From NCBI RefSeq assembly GCF_053078305.1, contig NZ_CP166879.1: a stretch of 64,000 nt of DNA. One strand, given 5' to 3'. The notes under the pieces were generated by a model, which was not told the origin of the DNA, searched no databases, and saw nothing but the letters and a program-made list of their open reading frames with translations. Of this stretch, positions 8,117 to 18,922 are shown piece by piece. Each line of letters starts with the position of its first letter. Within the stretch, counting starts at the first letter, position 1. Made by a program: the position numbers and the translations under genes.

Positions 8117-8624
8117 GATTGTTATCGCGGCATTTTTCTTCTCTGCCTTTGGGGCGCTCGTCTGGTCTGCAAACCATTACCACAGCAAGTATCAGGCAGA
8201 AAAGTTGCGGGCTGATAAAGCGGAAGGTGAAGCTGAATATCAAGGGAAAGTGATAGCTAATCAGGCATTAAACTTCAATCGTTTTAACCAGATAGCAGAA
8301 AAAGCAAGCCGATTAAATTCTCTGGTCGACATCGGTCACGAGAAGACAGTCATCAAATACCGTGAGGTTCTGCTCCGTGAAAAGAACTGTGATTTCCCTG
8401 TTCCTGTTGATATTGCTGTCGGGGTGCTCAACTACGCGAACCGTTTACGCGCCAGCGCATTGCACGCCGATTCCGGGGACATTGACTCAGCCGGTGATCG
8501 TGCCACTACCACCAGAACGTTGACATATTGCCAGGCTGTTCTGTGGATTAACCCACTGTTGGCAGCCATCGAGAAGGCGAATAACCAGTTGGCTGGTGTC
8601 CGACAAATAGAACAGTCCCGGTAA
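8100..8624 (+). CDS. Rz: i-spanin (Rz-like)
   Basis: N-terminal TM anchor (IVIAAFFFSAFGALVW) followed by a coiled-coil region. It follows the endolysin and contains an embedded lipoprotein ORF in the +1 frame. Confidence 0.8.
   Translation: MKLTYKIVIAAFFFSAFGALVWSANHYHSKYQAEKLRADKAEGEAEYQGKVIANQALNFNRFNQIAEKASRLNSLVDIGHEKTVIKYREVLLREKNCDFPVPVDIAVGVLNYANRLRASALHADSGDIDSAGDRATTTRTLTYCQAVLWINPLLAAIEKANNQLAGVRQIEQSR
8377..8523 (+). CDS. Rz1: o-spanin (Rz1-like lipoprotein) embedded in Rz, 48 aa
   Basis: Hand translation of the +1 frame gives (GTG)KRTVISLFLLILLSGCSTTRTVYAPAHCTPIPGTLTQPVIVPLPPER. It has the lipobox LLSGC and a Pro-rich mature part. GAGG lies 9 nt upstream of GTG 8377. It is too short for the ORF track. 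Confidence 0.7.
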   Translation: MKRTVISLFLLILLSGCSTTRTVYAPAHCTPIPGTLTQPVIVPLPPER

Positions 8625-8685
8625 TAGCATTACAGAAGCTCTTCCAGGAGGGGCTTCGATAATGACCTGATAACTGGAAAATAAA

Positions 8686-9258
8686 ATGACTAAGAAGCTG
8701 AAAGCAAAACACGAGGTGTTTTGTCGCGAGTTTCTTGTCGATCTGAATGCTACACAAGCAGCTATTCGCGCAGGCTACGTCTCCAGGCGAGCACATGTTA
8801 CGGGGGCTGAACTATACGGTAAACCTGAGATACGCGCCCGTATTAACGAGCTAAAGCAGGAGCGTATTGATCAACTGGGCATTGATGCGAATTATGTGCT
8901 GATGCGACTGGTTGAGATCGACAGGCTCGATGTGGCTGACATCCTGGAGGACGATTTAAGTATTAAGCCTCTGTCTGCGTGGCCGGAATCGTGGCGTCGG
9001 TACCTGAGTGGATTTAACCTCGCTGAAATGTTTGAGGGGCGAGGAGATGACAGAGAAATGGTCGGGATCCTTAAAAAGATTAAGTGGCCTGATAAGGTTA
9101 AAAACCTTGAGTTGCTTGGGCGTCATGTTTCTGTTCAGGCGTTTAAAGACAACGTCAAAAATGAAGTGACTGGCGCTGATGGAGGACCCGTCAGAACAGA
9201 AATTACCAACTTAACGCCGGAGCAGGCTGCAGAAGCGTATAAAAAAATGATGGGCTAA
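8686..9258 (+). CDS. Terminase small subunit
   Basis: The N-terminus [24 protein letters not shown] is typical of the Terminase_2 family (from memory). It lies directly upstream of the large subunit. Confidence 0.8.
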   Translation: MTKKLKAKHEVFCREFLVDLNATQAAIRAGYVSRRAHVTGAELYGKPEIRARINELKQERIDQLGIDANYVLMRLVEIDRLDVADILEDDLSIKPLSAWPESWRRYLSGFNLAEMFEGRGDDREMVGILKKIKWPDKVKNLELLGRHVSVQAFKDNVKNEVTGADGGPVRTEITNLTPEQAAEAYKKMMG

Positions 9259-9260
9259 GT

Positions 9261-10883
9261 ATGCCGTTACCATTTCACTTCGATTTTAAACATCCTGATT
9301 ACCAGATGGTTTTTGAATGGCGGATGGAACGCTTACAGCGCATTCGCCAGAACCCTGAAATATTGCCCGTATTGAAGCAGTTTTACCGAACCAATCCGGC
9401 TCAGTTCATCATCGACTGGGGCATGACAACGGACCCGCGTAATATTGATTATGGCCTGCCGGTGACCATTCCGTTTTTACTCTTCCCTAAGCAGGAGGAG
9501 TGGATCCACTGGATTATGGAACGCTGGGGCAATCGGGAGAATGGTATTACCGAAAAATCCCGTGAAATGGGGCTCAGTTGGACCGCGATCGGACTGGCCT
9601 GCTCGCTTTGTCTCTTCAACAAAGAAATGGTTATCGGTTTCGGCTCCCGTAAAGAGGAATACGTCGACAGCACCGGTGACCCGAAAGCATTGTTCTGGAA
9701 GGCACGCAAGTTCGTGGAAACGCTACCTGTAGAGTTTCGCGGTTCGTGGAGCGAGAAGAAGCACGCGCCATATATGCGTGTTGAGTTTCCTGAAACTGGT
9801 GCCGTTATCAAAGGCGAGGCTGGCGATAATATTGGTCGTGGTGACCGTACCACGCTTTATCTGGTTGATGAGGCTGCATTCCTTCAGCGTCCTCTGCTGA
9901 TTGATGCGGCGTTGTCACAAACGACGCGTTGCCGTATCGACCTGAGTTCAGTTAACGGCATGGCTAACCCGTTCGCTCAGAAGCGTCATGGCGGGAAGAT
10001 ACCGGTATTCACATTCCACTGGCGGGATGATCCTCGCAAGGATGAAGAGTGGTATCGCAGGGAATGCGAGAAAATCGATAATCCGGTGGTGGTGGCACAG
10101 GAACTTGATCTGAACTACAGCGCATCAGCGGAAGGCGTTCTGATTCCATCCGAATGGGTACAGGCTGCCGTTGATGCGCATATCAAACTGGGTATCCAGC
10201 CAACAGGCAAACGACTTGGCGCGATGGATGTCGCCGACGAAGGCAGGGACAAAAATGCCTTTTCCACCCGTCATGGCTTCCTCCTGGAAAATGTGCGGGA
10301 ATGGTCCGGTGTGGGCAGCGACATTTATCAGTCCGTCGAGAAGGTTTTCGGCTTTTGCGAACAGGACAACCTCGAAGAGTTTCGCTTTGACGAGGACGGG
10401 CTGGGCGCTGGCGTTCGCGGCGATGCACGCGCTATCAACGAACTGCGTAACGCTGCGCGTCGACCGTCAATACTTGCCACACCGTTTCGAGGTAGTGGCG
10501 CGGTATTTGATCCGGATGATGAAGCTGTTCGCGGGGACAACGGGCAAGCCGCGCGTCTGAACAAGGACTTCTTCGCTAACGCCAAAGCCCAGAGCTGGTG
10601 GCGGTTACGTAAACTTTTTCAGAATACCTGGCGCGCCGTGGTTGAAGGTATGGCTTACAACCCGGACGAAATCATCTCAATCAGCAGTAGCATGGCACTC
10701 AAAGATCAACTCATCATCGAGCTTTCGCAGCCGACCTATTCCATTAATGGTGTGGGAAAAATCGTTATTGATAAACAGCCTGATGGGACCCGGTCGCCAA
10801 ATCTTGCCGACTCGGTGATGATCAACTATGCCCCAATGAATTCAGCCCTGAACATCTGGGAGTTGCTAGGGAGACAGGCCTGA
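9261..10883 (+). CDS. Terminase large subunit
   Basis: 540 aa. Walker B-like [11 protein letters not shown]. It lies between the small subunit and the portal. Confidence 0.8.
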   Translation: MPLPFHFDFKHPDYQMVFEWRMERLQRIRQNPEILPVLKQFYRTNPAQFIIDWGMTTDPRNIDYGLPVTIPFLLFPKQEEWIHWIMERWGNRENGITEKSREMGLSWTAIGLACSLCLFNKEMVIGFGSRKEEYVDSTGDPKALFWKARKFVETLPVEFRGSWSEKKHAPYMRVEFPETGAVIKGEAGDNIGRGDRTTLYLVDEAAFLQRPLLIDAALSQTTRCRIDLSSVNGMANPFAQKRHGGKIPVFTFHWRDDPRKDEEWYRRECEKIDNPVVVAQELDLNYSASAEGVLIPSEWVQAAVDAHIKLGIQPTGKRLGAMDVADEGRDKNAFSTRHGFLLENVREWSGVGSDIYQSVEKVFGFCEQDNLEEFRFDEDGLGAGVRGDARAINELRNAARRPSILATPFRGSGAVFDPDDEAVRGDNGQAARLNKDFFANAKAQSWWRLRKLFQNTWRAVVEGMAYNPDEIISISSSMALKDQLIIELSQPTYSINGVGKIVIDKQPDGTRSPNLADSVMINYAPMNSALNIWELLGRQA

Positions 10884-12349
10884 TGGCACGAAACAAACAA
10901 GCCCTGCGGCGAACTGCGCAGGCCACAGCTGATGGTTATGAGAATTTTATCGCCCGCGTAGGGATGCAGACACCTAACCAGCACTCAGCATCCACCTACC
11001 GGGCTAATTTCACCAGTCGTAACCGCATGCTGGTGGAATGGTCCTATCGTTCTTCCTGGATCATCGGCGAAGCAGTCGATGCTATCCCGGATGATATGAC
11101 CCGCAAAGGCATTCGCATCACTTCGGAAATTGATGCAAAAGATCGTGGCATTCTCGAATCACAACTGGATGAGTTGCAAATCTGGGATGCGCTGAATGAC
11201 GTGCTGAAATGGTCGCGCCTCTACGGCGGCGCGGTGGGTTTCATCATGATTGAGGGGCAGGCACCAATGACCCCGCTGCGACCCGAAACCATCGGTAAGG
11301 GCAAGTTTAAGGGGATTCTCCCGCTCGACCGCTGGATGATTGACCCGGTACTGACCCGCCGCATTAAAGATATGGGGCCGGACCTGGGTAAACCTGAGTT
11401 TTATGATGTGGTGACCACAGCAACGGGAATTCCTGCCTGGCGCATTCATCACAGTCGCCTGATTCGCTTTGATGGCGTCACGCTGCCATTTCAGCAGAAG
11501 ATGACCGAGAACGAATGGGGAATGTCGGTTGTAGAGCGTATCTGGGATCGTCTTACCGCGTTCGACAGCGCTACTGTCGGTGCGGCGCAGCTGGTCTACA
11601 AGGCGCATTTGCGTACCTACAGCGTGGAGAAGCTACGCGAGCTTATCGCACTTGGTGGTCCTGCGTATGAAGCGTTGCTGAAGAATATTGACCTGATTCG
11701 ACAGTTCCAGAGCAATGAAGGCATGACTCTCATGGACTCGCGGGATAAGTTTGAAACCCATCAGTACAGCTTCAGTGGTCTGGATGACATCCTTTCACAG
11801 TTTGCAGAACAGATTAGTGGAGCTGTTGGTATCCCACTGGTGCGGTTGTTCGGACAGTCCCCGAAGGGATTTTCTACCGGCGATGCAGACCTTGCCAACT
11901 ATTACGACCGGGTAAGTTCGTTGCAGGAGAGGCGTTTACGTCTTCCGGTGCGGCGGATACTGGACATCATGCATCGTTCGGAACTTGGCAAGCCGCTCCC
12001 GGATGATTTCACATTTGAGTTTAACCCGCTCTGGCAAATGTCTGATGTCGATCGTTCAACGGTGGCATTAAATACCACCAACGCAATCAGTACAGCGCTG
12101 GGTGATGGTCTGATGACACTGAAAGCTGCTATGACTGATTTGCGCGAAAATTCTGACGTAACCGGCATCGGGGCATCCATTACCGACGAGGACATCGAGA
12201 ATGCCGAAGACGAAGCGCCGCCCGGCATCGGCGAACCTGATGACGAACCGCAGGAACCGTCAGGCGGAAATCCGCTATCGAACCAGCCTACGCAGGATAG
12301 CGCGGGCGGTCGGGGACATCGTAAATGGTCGCTACGATGGTTCAAATGA
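10883..12349 (+). CDS. Portal protein
   Basis: 488 aa. Its start overlaps the terminase stop (ATGA). It has an acidic C-terminal tail. The size and position are canonical. Confidence 0.75.
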   Translation: MARNKQALRRTAQATADGYENFIARVGMQTPNQHSASTYRANFTSRNRMLVEWSYRSSWIIGEAVDAIPDDMTRKGIRITSEIDAKDRGILESQLDELQIWDALNDVLKWSRLYGGAVGFIMIEGQAPMTPLRPETIGKGKFKGILPLDRWMIDPVLTRRIKDMGPDLGKPEFYDVVTTATGIPAWRIHHSRLIRFDGVTLPFQQKMTENEWGMSVVERIWDRLTAFDSATVGAAQLVYKAHLRTYSVEKLRELIALGGPAYEALLKNIDLIRQFQSNEGMTLMDSRDKFETHQYSFSGLDDILSQFAEQISGAVGIPLVRLFGQSPKGFSTGDADLANYYDRVSSLQERRLRLPVRRILDIMHRSELGKPLPDDFTFEFNPLWQMSDVDRSTVALNTTNAISTALGDGLMTLKAAMTDLRENSDVTGIGASITDEDIENAEDEAPPGIGEPDDEPQEPSGGNPLSNQPTQDSAGGRGHRKWSLRWFK

Positions 12350-12974
12350 CAGTATCACGGAAATTATTGAGACGCTGGAACGCTACAGTGAAATCATAAC
12401 CCCCTGGGCGACAAAGGTCGCGGAAAACTTTACCGCCGACATTGTACGCAAGAATGATGAGCAGTGGCGTAAACACAGCAAAACCATCAGCCGTGAGCTA
12501 CGCAATCTGGTAAACAGTGCCCCTCCAGGGCAGGTGATGAAATCCATCGTTGCTGAACAGGTTAAGTACATCAAATCGCTACCCCTCGAGGCGGCTGACA
12601 GGGTGTACGACATCCAGAATCGGGCGATAGAAGCTGTTGTTACCGGTGGGAGAGCGGAACATTTTGCTAAAGAAATAGCCGCATCGGGTGATATAGCAAA
12701 GTCCAGAGCTGACCTGATTGCCCGTACTGAACTTGGACGTGCAACCGGCGCGCTGGATCAGGCGCGTGCGCTGTCAATTGGTTCGAATGGTTATATCTGG
12801 CGTACAGCCGAAGATGGTGATGTCAGGCATTCTCATCGGGAAATGGAAGGTAAATTTGTCGAATGGGGCAAACCTCCAACGCTTGACGGCATGACAGGTC
12901 ACGCTGGCGAGCTCCCGAATTGTCGCTGTTATAAAGAAATTGTTTTTCCCACCTCCCATTCTTACCCCGCCTGA
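12201..12974 (+). CDS. Head morphogenesis protein (Mu F / SPP1 gp7 family)
   Basis: The C-terminal signature is HSHREMEGKFV...ELPNCRCY. The N-terminal RRNRQAEIRYRTSLRRIA looks genuine, which implies a 149-nt out-of-frame overlap with the portal gene. The start is uncertain (12201 or 12240). Confidence 0.7.
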   Translation: MPKTKRRPASANLMTNRRNRQAEIRYRTSLRRIARAVGDIVNGRYDGSNDSITEIIETLERYSEIITPWATKVAENFTADIVRKNDEQWRKHSKTISRELRNLVNSAPPGQVMKSIVAEQVKYIKSLPLEAADRVYDIQNRAIEAVVTGGRAEHFAKEIAASGDIAKSRADLIARTELGRATGALDQARALSIGSNGYIWRTAEDGDVRHSHREMEGKFVEWGKPPTLDGMTGHAGELPNCRCYKEIVFPTSHSYPA

Positions 12975-12988
12975 ATCGCAGGTAACAC

Positions 12989-14209
12989 ATGAAATATTTT
13001 TTCAATACCCGGCTGGGGGAAACCCGCTATCAGCTGGCTGACGGCTCGTTGCTGTGCAAAGACGTGCCGATAGGACGAACAGGTAAGCAGCTCTATGGTG
13101 CTGATGACCTGCCAAAACTGAAACCCGATAAGTTCGGTGAAATAGTCGTCACGCGTTCTCCTGAGCAGGTATTCCATCCCGCCACGCTTGCCTCATTCGA
13201 AGGAATGAGTATCACGGTGTTGCATCCCGAGGATGAAAACGGGGATGTGCGGCTGGTGAATCCAGAGAACTGGAAAGAGCTCGCGGTCGGGCATCTTCAG
13301 AATGTCCGGCGCGGGGCGGGTGTGCAGTCTGATTTGATGCTGGCTGACCTTATCGTCAAAGACGAAAACGCCATTCAGCTGATCGAAGATGGCCTGCGCG
13401 AAGTGTCGTGTGGCTATGACGCGGAATATAAACAGGCTGAGCCGGGTAAGGCTCAGCAGGTCGCTATTACCGGAAACCATGTGGCTCTTGTCCCTAAAGG
13501 CAGAGCCGGAAATCGTTGTGCAATTGGAGACAGAGACACAATGGCAAATCAAAAGAAAAGCTGGTGGACCCGCATGCGCACGGCCATCAAAACGGGTGAC
13601 GCTGACACCATGAACGAACTGGTGGAGTCGGCTCCCGCATCGGTTACAGGAGATGAGGGGGATTTGCCGCAGGGCGTTAATCTCAACATCAACCTGTCCC
13701 CGCAGCAACCGCTACCGGACAAAGCACCAGAGATGGGCGGAGGTCCAACCGGCGACAGTGATGATGACCTCAAAACATTACTGAAAGCCCTGCTGGCTAA
13801 GCTGGAAGGAAATGCGACGGGCGATAACGACAATAAGCCTGACGATAATCCGACCGGTGACGGCGAGGACGATGAAGAGGAAACCACGATTACTGGTGAC
13901 TCAGCCTGGCGTGCCGAAGTTATCGTTCCGGGTATCGATCTGAGCCGTAAGATGAAACCGACCGCGTTCAAACGTGAGGTTCTGGCTTCTGCTGACAAAA
14001 CGCTGGTTCGCCAGATAGTCGGTGATGCGGATATCCGCAAATTGCCGAAACAATCGGTCGACATGGCGTTTAATGCCGTGTCTGAGATTGCCAAAGGGCG
14101 AAACACCCGCGCCACCACCGGCGATGCACAGCGCCCAAACATGGGCATGACCAGTATCGCTTCCCTGAACAAACAAAACGCTGAATTCTGGGCAAACCGT
14201 AAAGGGTAA
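12989..14209 (+). CDS. Putative scaffold/prohead-processing protein (DUF2213-like from memory)
   Basis: 406 aa with an acidic, Pro-rich low-complexity centre. It lies between the head-morphogenesis and capsid genes. Confidence 0.5.
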   Translation: MKYFFNTRLGETRYQLADGSLLCKDVPIGRTGKQLYGADDLPKLKPDKFGEIVVTRSPEQVFHPATLASFEGMSITVLHPEDENGDVRLVNPENWKELAVGHLQNVRRGAGVQSDLMLADLIVKDENAIQLIEDGLREVSCGYDAEYKQAEPGKAQQVAITGNHVALVPKGRAGNRCAIGDRDTMANQKKSWWTRMRTAIKTGDADTMNELVESAPASVTGDEGDLPQGVNLNINLSPQQPLPDKAPEMGGGPTGDSDDDLKTLLKALLAKLEGNATGDNDNKPDDNPTGDGEDDEEETTITGDSAWRAEVIVPGIDLSRKMKPTAFKREVLASADKTLVRQIVGDADIRKLPKQSVDMAFNAVSEIAKGRNTRATTGDAQRPNMGMTSIASLNKQNAEFWANRKG

Positions 14210-14212
14210 AAA

Positions 14213-14719
14213 ATGAATAATGTATTTCTGTACCGGATGCCTGTTGGCATTGCCGGGGCCGTCTCTCGCCCGCAGGACTTAACCGTCGAACCGGTGGTCC
14301 TTAAATCCGATAACGCCTTCGCTGCCTATGGCCTGGCTGGTAAATACGATGATGACGGTTTTTTCGTGCCGCTGGCAGATGGTGATACCGCAGACAAGGT
14401 GAAGGGGATCTACGTGCGCCCTTATCCGACCACTTCGCAGCCGGACATGGTTCGCCAGGTGGGGACTGGCAAGAACTTCCCGGGCGACGCCATGAAGCGT
14501 GGCTACGTGACCGTTAATCTCGGTTCTGATTTTGATGCCAGCACCATCAAAAAAGGCGACCCGGTATACGTTGTCGTCTCCACTGATGAATCCATCAAAG
14601 TGCCGCTGGGTGGATTCATGGCCACGTCAGTCAGTGGCAAAAACGTGGTGCTGACCAACGCTGAATTCACAGGTGCCGGAGATGCTGACGGCAATGCAGA
14701 AATTTCCTGGAAGATTTAA
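14213..14719 (+). CDS. Putative head decoration/cement protein
   Basis: 168 aa, immediately upstream of the major capsid gene. The function is assigned by position only. Confidence 0.4.
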   Translation: MNNVFLYRMPVGIAGAVSRPQDLTVEPVVLKSDNAFAAYGLAGKYDDDGFFVPLADGDTADKVKGIYVRPYPTTSQPDMVRQVGTGKNFPGDAMKRGYVTVNLGSDFDASTIKKGDPVYVVVSTDESIKVPLGGFMATSVSGKNVVLTNAEFTGAGDADGNAEISWKI

Positions 14720-14730
14720 GGAACAGACGA

Positions 14731-15672
14731 ATGATTACTTTTGATCAGGCAACCGTTGACAGCTCTGGTGCCTTTCTCATCGGGGAGCTGGAGCGACTCG
14801 ACCAGACGCTGAACCTGCCACTGGTGGGGTACACCTGGACCCGCGATATTCAGTTGCGTGAAGATGTCTCCATCGCAGATGACATTTCCAGCTGGACGAA
14901 TACCAGCTTCGCCGCTGCGGGTACTGGTGCAAATCCGAATGGCAAAAACTGGGTAGGCAAAGACTCAACCGCTATTGCTGGCGTGAACGTGGATATCGGC
15001 AAATCCGGTAACCCGATGAACCTGTGGGGGATGGAACTTGGCTGGACGGTCATAGAATTGCAGGCTGCTCAGCAGATCGGACGCCCGATTGATACGCAGA
15101 AGTATGACGGGATGCAACTGAAATGGCAGATGGATAACGATGAACAGGTATATGTTGGCGATTCCGCATTAAACCTGAAAGGTCTTGTTACCCTGGACGG
15201 CGTGCCTGTCAACAACGCTGCCAAAACGTGGGCAACCTCAACACCGGACGAAATCCGCGCAAGCATTAACCAGGTGCTGTCTGATGCGTGGGCCGCTTCC
15301 GGTTACTCTGTGGTTCCGCGTGATTTGCTGATCCCGCCTGAGCAGTTTGCTCTGTTGTCCAGCATCATCGTTTCATCTGCGGGTAACCAGTCCCTGTTGA
15401 CGTACCTTCAGACCAACACCATCAGCTATCACCAGAACGGTGTTCCGCTGAATATCCGCGCGGTTAAATGGCTGAAAGGCCGTGGTGTGGGGAATAAGGA
15501 TCGCATGGTTGCGTACACCAACGATAAAAAATACGTCCGCTACCCGCTGGTTCCGCTTCAGAGCGTGCCGGTGCAGTATCGCGGTCTGTATCAGATCGTC
15601 ACTTACTACGGCAAGCTGGGTGCGGTTGAGCCAGTGTACAAAGAAACCATTTCGTACGTTGATGGCATTTAA
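14731..15672 (+). CDS. Major capsid protein (DUF2184-type from memory)
   Basis: 313 aa in the canonical position. A strong stem-loop follows. Confidence 0.7.
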   Translation: MITFDQATVDSSGAFLIGELERLDQTLNLPLVGYTWTRDIQLREDVSIADDISSWTNTSFAAAGTGANPNGKNWVGKDSTAIAGVNVDIGKSGNPMNLWGMELGWTVIELQAAQQIGRPIDTQKYDGMQLKWQMDNDEQVYVGDSALNLKGLVTLDGVPVNNAAKTWATSTPDEIRASINQVLSDAWAASGYSVVPRDLLIPPEQFALLSSIIVSSAGNQSLLTYLQTNTISYHQNGVPLNIRAVKWLKGRGVGNKDRMVAYTNDKKYVRYPLVPLQSVPVQYRGLYQIVTYYGKLGAVEPVYKETISYVDGI

Positions 15673-15679
15673 CAGCCAC

Positions 15680-15700
15680 ATGGCCCCCTGGCGGGGCCAT
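15680..15700 (+). promoter_or_regulatory. GC-rich RNA stem-loop after the capsid gene (no U-tract)
   Basis: ATGGCCCC-ctggc-GGGGCCAT is a perfect 8-bp stem, 8 nt after the capsid stop. Confidence 0.5.
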
Positions 15701-15713
15701 TAAGGATGACCCG

Positions 15714-15935
15714 ATGGCAAAAAATAATGCAGTAATACACGTACATACCCCGTTTGTGCTCACGCTTCCCGACGGTTCACGGCGCGAGTTTGTTAAAGGC
15801 CGTCATGCTGTGGAGGAAGACGTTGCCACGCACTGGTTCACTCGTGCGCACGCGGAAGTATCCGTTGGCAAAGCCACAGACGCGCGTAACGAGGTAAAAA
15901 ATGCCAAAGAATCAAAGTCTGCCAGCGGTAAGTGA
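15714..15935 (+). CDS. Small head-associated hypothetical protein
   Basis: 73-aa ORF in the operon. No motif recognised. Confidence 0.45.
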   Translation: MAKNNAVIHVHTPFVLTLPDGSRREFVKGRHAVEEDVATHWFTRAHAEVSVGKATDARNEVKNAKESKSASGK

Positions 15936-16308
15936 TTTTCGCCGCGACTTCCCGCAGTTTGCTGACCCTGCCAAATATCCCGAAGCGCAAATCCAGTTTC
16001 GTCTGAATCTGGCCGATGAACTGCTGAGCGAAAACGTCACCGGCAAAAAGTTGTTTCCGTACTTTGCCGGGTTGTTCGTTGCGCACTACATGACGCTCTG
16101 GGCGGCAGACAGCCGGGCGATGCTGGCTGGCGAGCCGGGCGGTTCAACCAATGGAGTTCAGTCCTCAAAGTCCGTGGATAAGGTAAGCGTCAGTTATGAC
16201 ACCAGCGCGACGCTGAATCCTGATGCAGGTTTCTGGAATAACACCCGATATGGCGCTGAATTTTATCAGTTGATCACGATGTTCGGTGCAGGTGGTCGCC
16301 AGCTATGA
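15901..16308 (+). CDS. Head-tail connector protein (DUF4054-like from memory)
   Basis: The N-terminus is ...[25 protein letters not shown]. It lies after the capsid gene. Confidence 0.55.
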   Translation: MPKNQSLPAVSDFRRDFPQFADPAKYPEAQIQFRLNLADELLSENVTGKKLFPYFAGLFVAHYMTLWAADSRAMLAGEPGGSTNGVQSSKSVDKVSVSYDTSATLNPDAGFWNNTRYGAEFYQLITMFGAGGRQL

Positions 16309-16859
16309 GTTTCAAAAGCGGTGTAACAACGAGGGTGGATAACGCTAAGGCTATTCTGGATGCGCTCAGGTCGTTAACCAAAAAAGATGTGCTGGTCGGC
16401 ATCCCTTCGGAAGACAGCGAGCGGGATGATGTTCCGTTTGGTAATGCGGGCATCGGTTACCTCAACGAATACGGCTCACCAGAGCAGAACATCCCGCCAC
16501 GACCTCACCTGGTCCCCGGCGTTAAATCGGCAGAAGAGCAGACGGTGCCGCAGCTCAAAGCCGCGGCGCAGGCTGCACTTGATGGTAATGCTGCGGGAGC
16601 AGAAAGCGCACTCAACCGTGCCGGAACACTGGCCGCTAATGGCGTCAGGCGTTACATGACCATTACCGGCTTTACGCCGCTTGCTGACAGTACTGTTGAA
16701 GCCCGGGCTCGTCGGGGGCGCAAGGGGGCAACACTGGAACTTGCCCGGCGTGCTGCTGGCGAATCCCCGGGAACCGAACTGGCGAAACCATTAATTGACA
16801 CCGGGCAATATCGCAGAGCGATTACCCATGTTGTGAGGGATAAAAATGCCGACTCTTGA
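16305..16859 (+). CDS. Head-tail joining protein (HK97 gp10-like)
   Basis: Contains an [10 protein letters not shown] motif resembling the gp10-family PaRPFl motif. The start overlaps the upstream stop. Confidence 0.45.
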   Translation: MSFKSGVTTRVDNAKAILDALRSLTKKDVLVGIPSEDSERDDVPFGNAGIGYLNEYGSPEQNIPPRPHLVPGVKSAEEQTVPQLKAAAQAALDGNAAGAESALNRAGTLAANGVRRYMTITGFTPLADSTVEARARRGRKGATLELARRAAGESPGTELAKPLIDTGQYRRAITHVVRDKNADS

Positions 16860-17235
16860 TGTAACAGATGTGCTTTTTGACCCCGATTTTTGCGACTTCA
16901 ATTTGTGGGTAACACGCCGTGTGCAAACGGTGGATGAGGACGGGATCGGCAGCGACAGCGAAGTTAAAAAGCAGTTTGCCGGAGTCGTAACTGTTGATCG
17001 CTCTCTGGAAAACCGTCGTATGCAGGCCGGGCAGGTAATCAGCGGTGCAATTCTGATTGTGACGACTGAGCGACTGACGCAGGGACAGACTGGCCGTGAT
17101 GCCGATATCGTGACGTATCAGGGCCGTGATTATCGTGTGACTTTCGTCGACCCGTATACAGCGTATGGTGCCGGATTCGTTCAGGCGCATTGTGAGTTGC
17201 TGCCGTTTGATGGGGGAATTCCGGTTGAGCAATAA
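16846..17235 (+). CDS. Head-tail/tail completion protein, hypothetical
   Basis: 129-aa ORF, overlapping-coupled within the operon. Confidence 0.45.
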   Translation: MPTLDVTDVLFDPDFCDFNLWVTRRVQTVDEDGIGSDSEVKKQFAGVVTVDRSLENRRMQAGQVISGAILIVTTERLTQGQTGRDADIVTYQGRDYRVTFVDPYTAYGAGFVQAHCELLPFDGGIPVEQ

Positions 17236-17773
17236 CACCAGCACAGAGCGCGGATGGCTGATACCAACCAGTGGCGATCCGGATTATGACGAAGCGCTCG
17301 ACAGGCTGTTAAGCCAGTGGATGCGTAACGTTTCCGGTCTGTCTGCCGGGATGGTTCGCCCGCGCTGGCAGAAAGAGCAGCCGCCACTGCTACCGGCTGA
17401 AACGAACTGGTGTGCGTTTGGGGTTATCGGATGGTCAGGTGATGACAGTCCGGCATTCACCAGACAGACTGATGATGGCTCTCAGCTCTGGCGGCATGAA
17501 ACGATTGAGTGTATGGCTTCGTTTTATGGTCCGGCGGGGATGGTGTATGCGTCCCGGTTTCGTGACGGTATATCTGTACCGCAGAACAACGCAGCACTGA
17601 ATGTGCTGGGGCTGTCTCTTGGCGATTACACAGGTCTGACTCCCTTCCCTGAACTTATTAATCAGCAATGGGTCCGCCGCTACGATATGACGGTGCGTCT
17701 GCGCCGGAAGGTTGTGCGCGAGTACGGTATTAAATCGCTGGTGGAAGCACCAGTCATCTTTTTCGGAGATTAA
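17225..17773 (+). CDS. Tail completion/neck protein, hypothetical
   Basis: This is the track ORF 17165..17773. I prefer TTG 17225, preceded by GGGGGA. ATG 17210 and ATG 17165 are alternative starts. Confidence 0.4.
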   Translation: MSNNTSTERGWLIPTSGDPDYDEALDRLLSQWMRNVSGLSAGMVRPRWQKEQPPLLPAETNWCAFGVIGWSGDDSPAFTRQTDDGSQLWRHETIECMASFYGPAGMVYASRFRDGISVPQNNAALNVLGLSLGDYTGLTPFPELINQQWVRRYDMTVRLRRKVVREYGIKSLVEAPVIFFGD

Positions 17774-17776
17774 GCT

Positions 17777-18922
17777 ATGGCACAGGGCTTGCCTGTATCA
17801 AACGTTGTTAATGTTGATGTGATCATGTCGCCGCGTGCAGCATCAGGGCGAAATTTTGGTGCATTACTCATTCTCGGCCCGTCCACAATCATTCCGGTAA
17901 GTGAGCGCATTCGCCGTTATTCTGCCGCGGAAGATATTGGAAAAGATTTTGGCGTGGAATCACCAGAATATAAGGCTGCGCAGGTGTTTTTCTCTCAATC
18001 ACCGAAACCTCAGGAGGTTTTTGTTGGTCGTTGGGTGAAAACGAAGGGAGACAGCGAACAGGCCACGCCTGAGACGCTGGAGCAGGCTGTGAATGCCATG
18101 CTCGATTATACTTCATGGTATGGGCTGGGGATTGCAGACGATGCAGATATTCCGGATGCAGACTGGCTGAAAGTGGCTGCGGCGATCGAATCCTCTTCTG
18201 TAAGCCGTATTCTGGCGATTACGACAAGCGATGAGAAATGCCTGCAGACTGCATCCAGCGATGATTTGGCATCAAAACTGAAAACCGCCGGATATTCACG
18301 CAGTTTTATTCAGTATTCATCGGGTAATAAATACGCTGCGTTATCTGCATTTGGCCGGGCATTCACGGTTAATTTCAATGGCAGTAATACCGCGATTACG
18401 CTCAAGTTTAAGCAGGCGCCGGGCGTCGGGTATGAAACACTGACAGTCAGCCAGGCATCGGCACTTGATGCAAAAAACTGCAATGTGTTCGTGTACTACC
18501 AGAATGATACGGCTATCCTCCAGCAGGGAGTGATGGCTAACGGCGATTTCTTTGATGAACGCCACGGCCTGGACTGGTTACAGAATTATGTGCAGACCAA
18601 CCTCTATAACCTGCTTTATACCAGCACCACGAAAGTACCCCAGACTGAAGCCGGTATTACCAGACTGTTATCAAGTGTTGAAAAATCACTGGATCAGGCC
18701 GTTCAGAATGGACTGATTGCTCCGGGCGTATGGAACGGTGGCGACCTGGGTCAGTTGTCATCAGGTGACACGCTGCCCAAAGGTTATTACGTATACGCCC
18801 AGCCACTGGATGAACAGGCACAATCAGAACGTGAAGCCCGTAAGGCTCCGGTGATTCAGGCTGCAATAAAACTTGCAGGCGCGGTTCATTACGCTGACGT
18901 ACAGATTAACGTTGTTCGCTAA
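17777..18922 (+). CDS. Tail sheath protein (DUF3383-like from memory)
   Basis: 381 aa, first gene in the canonical sheath - tube - chaperone(frameshift) - tape-measure order. Confidence 0.7.
   Translation: MAQGLPVSNVVNVDVIMSPRAASGRNFGALLILGPSTIIPVSERIRRYSAAEDIGKDFGVESPEYKAAQVFFSQSPKPQEVFVGRWVKTKGDSEQATPETLEQAVNAMLDYTSWYGLGIADDADIPDADWLKVAAAIESSSVSRILAITTSDEKCLQTASSDDLASKLKTAGYSRSFIQYSSGNKYAALSAFGRAFTVNFNGSNTAITLKFKQAPGVGYETLTVSQASALDAKNCNVFVYYQNDTAILQQGVMANGDFFDERHGLDWLQNYVQTNLYNLLYTSTTKVPQTEAGITRLLSSVEKSLDQAVQNGLIAPGVWNGGDLGQLSSGDTLPKGYYVYAQPLDEQAQSEREARKAPVIQAAIKLAGAVHYADVQINVVR

Noticed and set aside
13549-14250. A 233-aa minus-strand ORF inside the scaffold-like gene
   Set aside because: It is antisense to a coherent late operon, has low-complexity Ser/Pro-rich sequence and has no expression signals.
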